Part shown: positions 13,228 through 23,968 of the stretch, piece by piece | Numbering within the stretch: position 1 is the stretch's first letter | Layout: every line of letters begins with the position of its first letter | Source: Laetmonice hystrix | Taxonomy: Eukaryota | Assembly: GCA_965235115.1 (NCBI GenBank) | Contig: OZ249436.1 | Coordinates: forward strand, 22,694,001-22,758,000 | DNA length: 64,000 nucleotides | Direction: 5' to 3' | Notes under the pieces: model-generated | Told to the model about the DNA's origin: nothing | The model's database searches: none | What the model saw: only the letters and a program-made list of their open reading frames with translations | Position numbers and translations under genes: made by a program

Positions 13228-13950
13228 CTATACTAGATGTCCCCGGGTCACTCTGTGTGGTACCCCACTGCCATCAAGACATCTCTGAATAATGAGAAAT
13301 ATTTCATGTCATATAATACATGTATATGACATAAAATCTTCATTATCCACAATATCAGGATTTTGGATGGCATTACGTTGGTATTGCACTGTCCTAGGCG
13401 CCATATTTGTTGATGTGCTCGGTGTAAATAATTATTTAGGCCCCAGATTTCATAACTTCTTGATTGTATTTGACCAAAACATTTACAACGTGACGGGTGA
13501 CTAAAACGTAGTATTTGTTATATAACTACAAGAGTTAGATTATTAAGACGGCTCGTGACTGCCTTGTGAGAGCCCGGATGGTCACGTTGATGCAATTGTC
13601 CAGGAGGCTTGGCCCGAAACAGTCAGCCATTCAGTCAGTTCGTCAGGCCAAACAGAAAGAACAACCTTTCTCAACGATTCTCTCCGCTACATTTTTGTTG
13701 GATATCTTAAACATTTTGCATAAATAGTACAGGTATAGTATTTACAGCCCAGTGTAAGTTAACGGTAGCCCTACTATAGGCTCTGCATATAAAGCTTCAA
13801 AAAATGTTTTGCCGACTTTGTGATGAAGTTCCGACGTATTACTAGAATATTTCACGGTGTTTGTGTCTCTTTTTTACATACTTTGATAATATTCTAGAGA
13901 CGCACTATCATGTAAACTCGTAGAGTTTTGATCAGTGAATGGCAGGCGTG

Positions 13951-14306
13951 TTACATAACAACACACCGACCCTCCTCGTCGTTGTTGTTATCACTATCAC
14001 TATTGCTGCGTTTCAGCTCATTGTTATTGTTATTTCCGTTTGTGCTCTTCTGGGAAATCGAGCTAGATTTCCGACTTATCTTTCTTGTCAACTTACGTTG
14101 GAAGCTTTCTTTCACCTCTACTTTGAAGACCCTTACGAGCAATCTCATGAATATATCGTTCACATTGTGGTTGCATTTTGCACTTGTTTCAATGTACACG
14201 CAGTTCCGTTTCTTTGCCTCGTTTTCGGCCTGCTCGCTCTCCACTTGGCGTTCATTTGACATATCACATTTGTTGCCCACCAGCATGATGGGGATGTCAC
14301 TAGTTC
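13951..14306 (-). CDS. Ras-family small GTPase, coding exon 3 of 3 (joined CDS 672 nt, 223 aa)
   Basis: Acceptor ttttttctctag|; (G)TSDIPIMLVGNKCD (G4), ETSAK (G5), basic patch RKLTRKISRK, CaaX box CVVM, TAA. Confidence 0.95.
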
Positions 14307-15049
14307 CTAGAGAAAAAATAATGCCTATATCAATTTTGTGAAGGCATATGTTTAAAATATGTATGATGTGCATATTTAGTCGGTGTGGGATGAAAAACTA
14401 GGGAATCAATTTTGCAGCATTTTTCGGGGGAAGAACAAAATGTCCTCACTTTGAACTTATTCGTGGAAAGGCCAATATTGCTTTTTAGTAAAATAAAAAA
14501 GAAATGTAATTTAATTTGAAACCCCTTTCCATCCATCAATAAATAGCATAATAATAGACTACATCTATGTTTTCCTTTACCATTTACCACCACCCCCCCC
14601 CCCGAGGTTTTAATTGGACACAACTACGGAGCCTATATATAGAATACTGCGTTGGAATTCGCTGACATATACCGTACTGCAAACTTTGGGACCACTACAA
14701 ACATTTCTATGTCTTCAAAAGTAGGAAAAAGACACATAATTACAGGCATAACACAAGGTCGCAAGTGACGTTTTGTGTTTCTCTAAAGTGTGCGTCTTAA
14801 GACCTTGTGTGATAATTAGTCATCATCCTGGCATAGTTTCACTTGCTACCATGTAATGCTTACTGTTTTTAAAGTACATTACATCACTTACTACCTTTAT
14901 TTACCAACTTAAGGGGGCACCTCTGTAGTACTTCACGGTGAAATAAAACAGGTTTCACCAAGAATGTCACTTGCGATCTTGTGTCATTCATGGGACGAAA
15001 TTAGAAGTAAATCAAGTAAATAGAGAAGAGAGAAAGGCTGGTGACTGAC

Positions 15050-15223
15050 CTTTTATTTCCGTAATGAGCTCAGCCAACTGTAGGGCCTCCAGGAACGACT
15101 CTCTGCTGTCGATAGAGAAGACTACGATAAAAGCGCAACCCGACTGGATGCTGAGTTGTCGCATGGCCGGGAACTGGTGTAGGCCTGCCGTGTCCAGGAT
15201 CTCAATGCTATGAAAACCACCGT
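15050..15223 (-). CDS. Ras-family small GTPase, coding exon 2 of 3
   Basis: Acceptor ttttttctcgcag|; (D)GGFHSIEILDTAGLHQFPAMRQLSIQSGCAFIVVFSIDSRESFLEALQLAELITEIK; G3 motif DTAG followed by Di-Ras-like HQFPAM; donor G|GTCAGT; phase 1/1. Confidence 0.95.
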
Positions 15224-15534
15224 CTGCGAGAAAAAAAACATTTATAATAGTTCTGAGGAGTCGATAGCCGATCGATTGTATCGAATTGCAGTCAGACGTC
15301 AGTCGTCGAAACTCGTCGAAACTGATTGGGGAGCCGTGTCTCATGACCTGGCAGGTCTGTGATTGGGTATTGTGTGCAACATACAACGCCGTCGATTTTC
15401 CGAGGTCAAGGCCTCCGGTTTCTAATGAGACACATGACACGTGCAACAGATTTTCAAGTCCTCCTGGAATGCAGGTCCGACGGACTTTCATTCCGAGAGC
15501 TTGAAGCCCATGATGTATATCTTCATAATCCTAA

Positions 15535-15650
15535 AGGCCCAGATACACAGACCGATTTACGGCCGATTTTGAGATACAGCCGATTTTCCTATTGAGAAAA
15601 ATCGGCCATAACTCAAAATCGGCCGTAAATCGGTCTGTGGATCAGGCCCT
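15535..15650. mobile_element. Palindromic PIF/Harbinger-type MITE
   Basis: aggcccagatacacagaccgatttacggccgatttt ... aaaatcggccgtaaatcggtctgtggatcaggccct at a TAA site. Confidence 0.75.
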
Positions 15651-15652
15651 TA

Positions 15653-16107
15653 GGCTGAGTTCACATAGGAGTATACGGCACGGGTATACGGTGCACGTTT
15701 TGCAGGGCACGCGAATAGCTTTAATCATACAATAGGATCTTATAATACCGGGTCACATCAGACGGCACTATTCGAAAAGGCGTATAGTATAGTATAGTGG
15801 GAATCGTGCGTGTTCGATTTTAGTGCAGCGTATACCTTGGGGTGCCTGTGTTTAAAAGTTCAGCATTTACACAGTTCTTGATATTTTTTAACTAAATATT
15901 CAGATCTAAGGGCCGATATATAGGGGTATTGACTCTGAAAATTTCAATGAAATCAGTTCAAGGGGAGGGGCAGGGGGGCACCTTTCAATTCATGTCGGGA
16001 ACTAAGACACTGGCGGGCGTGACTCGCCGTGCCCGTATAGCGTATAGCGAATACCGAATAGCGAATACCGTATACCGTATACCGTATACTCCTATGTGAA
16101 CTCAGCC
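15653..16107. mobile_element. PIF/Harbinger-type MITE, copy 1 (TSD TTA)
   Basis: 26-bp perfect TIR ggctgagttcacataggagtatacgg; TTA on both sides. Confidence 0.9.
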
Positions 16108-16111
16108 TTAA

Positions 16112-16664
16112 GGCTGAGTTCACATAGGAGTATACGGCACGGGTATACGGTGCACGTTTTCCAGGGCACGAGAATAGCTTAAATCGTACAATAGGATCTT
16201 ATAATACCGGGTCACATCAGAGGGCACTCTTCGAAAAGGCGTATAGTATAGTATAGTGGGAATCGTGCGTGTTCGATTTTAGTGCAGCGTATACCTTGGG
16301 GTGCCTGTGTTTAAAAGTTCAGCATTTACACAGTTCTTGATATTTTTTAACAAAACTTTCAGATCTAAGGGCCGATATATTGGGGTATCGGTTCAAGGGG
16401 AGGGGCAGGGGGGCATCTTTCAATTCACTTAAGACACTGGCGGGCGGCAGGCGGCTTGTATATCTCAGTCTGGGGTGCCTGTGTTTAAAAGTTCAGCCTC
16501 ATACAGTTCTTTGTATTTTTTAACCAGATTTTTAGATCTATGGCCAGATTATGTAGGGGAATTGGCGTTTTATATGACTTGCCGTGCCCGTATATAGCGT
16601 ATAGCGAATACCGATTAGCGCTTAGCGAATACCGTTTACCGTATACTCCTATGTGAACTCAGCC
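16112..16664. mobile_element. PIF/Harbinger-type MITE, copy 2 (TSD TAA)
   Basis: Same TIR, internally rearranged relative to copy 1; TAA on both sides. Confidence 0.9.
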
Positions 16665-19420
16665 TAAAGGGCGGATTAGTGTTTGTGATAAAGCCGCCAA
16701 CCCCTGGCCACGTCTGGCCAGGCTGACACCTTTGAAGTGTTAGGCTGAGGCCACACTATGAGCTGCGGCTCTGGTGTCGCATTCTCAAGCGATAGCCAAG
16801 CTTTGAGCTATAGGTTGTCTTCCCGATGCCTCGGGCATGGACAACAACATGTTAAAAAGTTCTCTGCAATGATGAATGAATGTATATCAGCGATAGTCTT
16901 TAAGGATTACAATAACCTTCACCCCGTTGCTACAGGAAGTAGCATAACATAGTGGAATCGTTGTCCAGAAGGCGGATCTCCCTTCCTGTTACTCCAGTGG
17001 CTACTGGAAGAGTAACGTCCGACTCCTGTAGCAGTTGGGCCAGACGGCCAACTGGGTGATCACAGGTCAACTTGGGCCCAACAACCACAAAAATTGGGGA
17101 GAGTGAAATATCTGACCTCCCGGATAACATTTTACATAATCTAGAACGCACTATAACAAAGATGGGGAAACGCTGTTATGAGTGAAAAGACCACTCTGTG
17201 TACGGTACTAAGAATCTCAGAACGCCTGAAATGATCCACCCCGGTACACCGGATTAACGGGCCTTTTTTCATCAGTTTCACAGATATAATGGTTTGCTTA
17301 GGATAGAGTACACCTAATACACGTTTTATTAGCTACCAGCACCTTCATGGTGTCAATACGCATGCAAAGTCACACCTGTCCCACTCACTCCTCGAGTAGG
17401 CTAGGCCTTATGAACCCTCCCGACAAGAGAGGAAGTCTATACAATTACTTTCATCACCATCTTCACCGCCGTGATATGACCCTGGCTGTTGCAAGGTGTA
17501 AAACCCCAAACACCACCCACCCTATACAATTACTTAAAGATAACCTTGGTCGGCGAAGACAACCTTTGTCCCAGCGGTTCCTGGAGCTCAACTTAAACTT
17601 GGTGGCACCTGGCCTGAGTTATTTCAAATGTTAAAATCTGGCATAAGAGAGGGGAGTCCCCACCACTGCGGGAAAACAACTTTTGCTTCACAATACCTGC
17701 CGTACGTCAACTTGAAACTTTAGTTTGTTAAATCTGATGCTTGATGACATGAGCAGGAGCAGTCCTATTATCTGCAGAACCACATCCTTGTCCCAGCAGT
17801 GCTTCGAGCAACCCAACTCGAACTCCTGGGCCTGCTAAATATGTAGTCTGCTACAAGTGAGAAGACACTTTACTTGCTGGTACTTGGCATAAGTCAACTT
17901 AAAACTGATGGGCCCATTAATTTTGATATTGATGATATGTCGTTATATGACTTTCTGTTCACTCTCTAATTGAATAAAAATTAATCTGGAAATGTGTCTG
18001 TCATTCTTACAGATCATGAAAACATGACTTGTTACGTACATGTAAAACAATAGTGAAGATTAGAATTTTCCCTACTGGTGGAACTTAATTTGCATATTCT
18101 GCAAATTGATAGTGTTAATCTAAAACTATGTCCATCCTGTTCACTGACCTTGTTGCCAAGTTATAGGAAAAGATTTTCTCCAATGACGGAAGCCATTTTG
18201 CATAATATGCAAATTATATTCAAAATATTAATTTACAAATGAGCCTATCATGTCCACTGACCATTAAGACATGGGTTTGGACACTTGATTTGTTTCAATT
18301 GTGTCCTTAGATGCAAAGTTATAGGGAAAATATGAATGATATATTACGGCAGGAGCTACATTTCATATTATGCAAATTTGACCACTTTCCCATACTCGGA
18401 TTTCTTAGGACTTTTAGTATGGTGTTTAGGGGGTCATACTGAAATGCACTGCAGTGAAAACAATTCTGTTGCAATTTGTGGTGGGTTACCCCCTCAAATC
18501 TTCTAGATTGACTGGACTAAATAGAGTCCGTTCCCAATTGCTCTACCATTTGCCATGTATTGTACCTGAACCGAAGAAGAATAGTAAACCATCGTCAACA
18601 CAGCAACCAACTAGTTATCGTTACGAACTTTTGGAAAGACCAACAAACATAACGGTGACAATATCCAGGGAATCCTAGTCCGGCGGACTTTCTTTCTGGC
18701 GGATTTCCATTCCGTTCACATATGTACTAATGGTGAATGGGTGCAGGCAGTATAAATACCACACAGATCATGATCCCCTCCCACTGCCGCCTGATCTTGA
18801 CCCACGTTACGACGATTTGAAAAAAAGATAGAAGGAGAAAGAAATCCACTCACAATGGTCAGTTGAAGTCAACAGGTTATTTGGAAAGTTTATGATTTAT
18901 TTCACCCATTCACGAGGCATTGGATAATTACTGCTAGTAATGCATGCCGCGTTTGGAACCACTGGTTTCCGACTATAACTGCGCGGACGAGTGGCAAATG
19001 TTGCTTTTTTCCAGGAACCATCGCATTCCTATAGGCGAGATCCATTGTGTAAATACGATAACTGCGTCTGGGACGGTTTACATAGAAGTGCAATCTTTGC
19101 CGCGAGAAATATTGATTGGCTATATCGATATCAATAATATCAATATAATATCAATACAGTAATATCATATTCTCATGCCTATCCATTTTTATATAAAGCT
19201 TGGTTTCGGACAGTCTTTAAATAAATATATCAAACTATTTTGAATTTCCTGAATACTTTCTTATATTAATTCAATCTGATTTTTTAGATTTTCACAAGTA
19301 GAATGTCCTGCCACTGTACCTTATAAAGTTAGGATCGCCACAAACTTCCGTGATATGCACCGAGTTAGGGGAAAGATGTTTTTTTCCTCTCAAAACATTA
19401 TAATAACCAATGCCATTTAC

Positions 19421-19562
19421 CTGGTAATCTGACGATGTGTCTATAAATATCATCCACCGTGGGTCTATAGTTAAGGGAGAAGTATCCGGTAAGAAAGCGG
19501 CCGACAAGAGACGTTTTTCCTACCGCACCAGCCCCTAGTATGACCAGACGATAACCCATCAT
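19421..19562 (-). CDS. Ras-family small GTPase (Di-Ras/RasD-like), coding exon 1 of 3
   Basis: Hand translation MMGYRLVILGAGAVGKTSLVGRFLTGYFSLNYRPTVDDIYRHIVRLP with P-loop GAGAVGKT and switch I YRPTVDDIY; in-frame upstream TGA; donor G|GTAAAT, phase 1. Absent from the ORF track. Confidence 0.93.
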
Positions 19563-20562
19563 CTTCCGTTCTCACTGGCCTTCACTACGCAGGGGCCAGA
19601 GCTTGGCGAAAATGTAATCCGTCCTTTCCGCTGCAAGAAGGCCTGACTGCATGTGTCTTCCGAAAATCACAACTCGGCGTATTTAGACGAGTTTTTATAT
19701 TGTAAATAACCTGGTAAATCTTCTGATGACATGGCCCTGAATCAGAAGATTGAGTCGTGTGAAACCGTTGTTCCCTTTCACCTCCTGGTGGTAGAGGGAT
19801 CCAGTTGGTGGCGATCTTGGGCTGCCGTCTCGGTTCGTGCCGCAACGCTGGCAGCAGTCTGGTCACGTACAGTCTGGGTGAGAAGTGTCGATATGTTCCG
19901 TCATCAGCGAAGGAAAGCAGCGAGACATCGACGCTGCCGTTTTTATCTGAGCTGCGTACGGCCCAACTGAGGCGAAGGAAAGCATTTTCACGATACCGGC
20001 TGACCCCCTAGCGGCGCGTGCCAGAACTTTGCGCGAGTCCTTCGTCGATCGATGTACTCAACATGTTACATCATTGGGCCGACATAATCAAATCTTGGCA
20101 TTAGCAAATTATGATATATATCATACCAATGCGAACTTTCTCAAATCGACTTAATCTTCTATGATTTCGACAAAGCGTACACCAGCGTATTAATTTACGC
20201 CCGCTGCTGGGAATCCTCGGCCATATCTTCGAAAGTAACCCAATCTCCCATAATGCAGAGGGGCTTGCTCCATTACTCCTCTGCCACACCTCACTTTCTA
20301 CGGACAGGATCGGTCCTCTACCTTTTTGCAAAGTCGGCCGCCCTTTATGGTAGATCTATAAAATTTAACGTAGGCCTACCTCGAGCTCCCAAAACCGAGA
20401 TTATAACAAGTGACATTCACCGTATACAACAGACATATCTGATGAAATATTAGGAACTACATCTGCGGATGGAGATCAGCTATAGTCGCAAGTCGGTTGG
20501 CCAATTTCGGGAGGATTCGAAATATTCGGGTGTTTCCGACTAGGTACTTCCGTTCAACATAG

Positions 20563-21008
20563 TAGCCTGGTCCCCGCGCCTACCATACGCATCCGCTATG
20601 TTAGGCCCGGTGATGGCTAACAGAAAGCTGTAAAACGGAAGTGGTTATCTCCAAGCACTTCCGCCTCGGAGCTAAACACTTCCGCCTCCGGCGTTAACAG
20701 AGTGATCGACTTCTGCTTGGAGCGTGGCCGGGAGTGGCCAACATGCGACTGCGTATGCAGACCGTAGCAGGTGTGGGGACTGGTGACGCTATGTTTACAT
20801 CCAGAAAAGCGAGGACATTTAACACTTGTATTTTAAATGGATTAACGAAAATATTTTTATCTTGTTGGAGAAATACGGAGAGTACGGAACTATACCTCGT
20901 TTGCGTCCATGTTTTCGATGGGCCAATCACAACGCTTGCTTCGATTGGCCGTCACCAGGCTCTATATACATTGTATACTAAGTCAATATAGAGCTGGGGA
21001 CCCGGCTA
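20563..21008. mobile_element. MITE with tagcc(t/g)ggtcccc TIRs
   Basis: tagcctggtcccc ... ggggacccggcta; abuts a dispersed repeat also seen at ~6265-6590 and, inverted, at ~22955-23155. Confidence 0.55.
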
Positions 21009-23299
21009 TTGGGTGAATTCAGCGCCATTTTGAGCATTGCATCGCGGGTACATTGAGCCGGGACTCTGGCCATCATGGCAGTACTTGCAGTATTTTGTCT
21101 GCATCAGGCATGGAAGCAACAAAATAGGCCTCTAGTGCTCTTCCCAAAGCCAGTGGACAATATTGCGATAGTATCATGTTCATGGGATACAAATAGCCCT
21201 ACCATGTGGCGTGTTGTTGTCGTTTATGGGCGCGGCCATATGGCTTTCTATAATTTGATAAATTACCTTATCACGCCGATTTAGGTAAATTAGGTGATTT
21301 ATTTTTCTTCTTCAACCCCTTCATACCAGAAATCATACGACGCCGAAGGAGCAGGTTTCAATAATGCACTACTTCCTGGCTCGATTGGATATGACGGTTC
21401 ACTCACTGCCTCGCTACACAGGTCCATTTCCTCCTGTATTTGTATTTGTGCCGGATTTTGTTGCAGGGGGGGGGGTCGACAATGTGGCGGTCAAAGGCTC
21501 ACATCAGAAGCGTTGCAGGCGTGCATCAATATCACTCTATAAAACAATTGGGGGGCCCCGCCCTAAACGCGCCTAATTAGGCGCAAATTAAGTGCCTATA
21601 CGTAGTTTAGGGCAGCTGCAGCTCCTCCTGAGTCACTCCATTACATATAAATCACTCGCTATCTCCCTTCGATCTACTCCTCCCCGGTACGTCACATGAG
21701 TCACATGAACTTAAAGTTATGATGTCGATCTCAGTACGTGTCAGATGTAAACGGTTCATGGTATAAATAATCGTGAGGTGCGACATTTCAAAACAGGATA
21801 GTGCCAACATGCATGGCCTAGCTAATGCTCGGTACGTAAATGATCTTAATGAAATTAAGTCACAATTATCACTGACTAATTGTCTGCTAAATGGCAGTAG
21901 ACTAATTCCTACATGTTTTGAGAAAACAATGAACGTGATATTTAACGTTTTAACGAATTGTTTCAAGAAATGAAAAGCCGTTTCCAAAAAGAAGCGACCT
22001 ATGTAAATAATTTCTTTTTAACCTAACAATCAGAACTTCTCTTTGAACGCAATCACTGCAGAAAAGTCTTAATGGGAAACTTAAGAACCTTGGCAGTCCT
22101 ATTTTTCAAAACATTAGTGGAAGGAGACCGAAAATGAAAGAACGAGCGGAGACACTGCAATTCAGAAAGGTCACTCGTTGGAAAGGAAATCTACGCAGAA
22201 AGAAAATAAATGTTGACTTATTACTTGTACCGCAAAGAAAGGAAAAAAAGGGACGGCAACACAACATTTTTACAGCCTAATATAGCTCTTCAAAATTGCC
22301 ATGTGAAACTCGGTTTTCGGCCATACAGGGTGCTATAAGACAGATTCCTGTTTATAGAAATATGACATAATCCTCCTTTATCCAAATTGTGGCACATAGT
22401 CATTACTTCTTTAAATCAGAGCACAATCTTAGCGCACTCGCGGGTATTTCTTTCATTTTTGTCATCATCAATTATAACAGGTATATGATAGCCTTTTTTA
22501 AAGTTATGGATCACTGAGCTCCAAACTACAGTATCGTGCCACCAATATTATTGGTAGGATCTATTGCTGTAGTAAATGGCAGAAAAGTCCAAATTCAAAC
22601 ACAACCAAATCCTGGGTCGGCCTTTAAACCTGTCTTGCCTCTTTCATGTTGGCTTAAGGTCGTAACAGGGTGTGCAAGTCATGCTAAGGTTTCCCGAGAG
22701 GAGGTATGGACAGAGCGCCAGAATTCCCATAAACCCTGGACCAGAGGAGGCGTGTCACTCTACGGACAGAGATCGTTGGCACAAGTCAGTAGGCTGCCGA
22801 ATAGTTCGGTGGAAGAACTTCCGTTTCCGTAACGCTATGGTGTGGGAGTGATACGGCCGTGGGGGATTCTATATCTATATTCTTACCCGTAACGTCACGG
22901 CACTGACTTGAGCCAGATCGTTCTCTTCGTTCAATCTCTGCCACAGGCTGGGTACTACCGTTTGAGTGACACCTGACCTGACCTAGAAATCCCCGACCGG
23001 AACAACCGAACATTGCCGAGCTCGAATCGTGGCTACTCAACGTTGCTGAGGCACTTTTGTTGTTTACTTTTTAGGCGCAGACTCTCAGAATATGATGCCA
23101 CACAAACATCCAAATCTTATGAGAAATCATATATGCAGCCGCCATGTTGGAACGGACCCGACGGGGGACATGGGTCTGAGTGGTGGACAAGCAGCGTGAT
23201 CAGCGCACGTCAATTTTATTTCAATGAAAAGGGCGGGGGCGTGCTAAATCTGGTAAACTGTGCAGCAGGCAGCATTACTCGGAGAGTAATCAGACCGGA

Positions 23300-23968
23300 T
23301 GTACCGGCTAGATACGTCCGAACGGCTAGTTATGTCCGATAGGAGATATGTCCGCAAACATCAGCTAGATATGTCCGAAGAAATGGATATGTCCGCAAAT
23401 ATCAGCTAGATGTGTCCGGTACAGGACACATCTAGCTGACATTTGCGGACATATCCAGATTACCGGACATATCTAGCGGACATTTGCGGACATATCCAGA
23501 TTACCGGACACATCCAGCTGGGGAACTACCTACTAGTCCGGGGGGGGGGGGGGCCACTAGTCCAAGGGTTCACTAGTCCGAAGTTGACAGTAGGCAATGG
23601 CAGGGGAACATGGGACAAATAGGGGGTTTACCTCAGGGGGCGTTAGTCCGACAGCCCAGTGGTGCGACAGACCAATCCCCTATATGGGTTAGAGTTAAGG
23701 GTAGGTTTAGGGTTAGTTAGGCCCTATATTTGGTTTTTGGGTTAGGGTTGCCTATTGCCCACTTCGGACTAGTGAACCCTCGGACTAGTGAACTTTCGGA
23801 CTAGTGAACCCTGCCCTCTAGTTGATATTTGCGGACAGATCCGGATTACCGGACATATCCAGCTGATATTTGCAGACACATCCGGGTTACCGGACATATC
23901 TAGCTGATATTTTCGGACATACATCCTCTCGGACATAACTAGCCGTTCGGACATATCTAGCCGGAACA
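23300..23968. mobile_element. TGT...ACA element with ggacatatc subrepeats, interrupted by a MITE at 23521-23816
   Basis: tgtaccggctagatacgtccgaacggctagttatgtccga ... tcggacataactagccgttcggacatatctagccggaaca; the insert has repeated cactagtccga/tcggactagtg ends and ggttag-type repeats. Confidence 0.8.

Noticed and set aside
13595..13630. Hammerhead-like ...ggaggcttggcccgaaac
   Set aside because: CUGANGA core absent and no convincing stems I and III.
17440..17520. Possible SINE/LINE 3' tail (caccgccgtgatatgaccctggctgttg...aaaaccccaa)
   Set aside because: Single short match from memory only; boundaries not definable.
23685..23750. Telomere-like ggttag/ttaggg repeats
   Set aside because: Short, degenerate and internal to a MITE.
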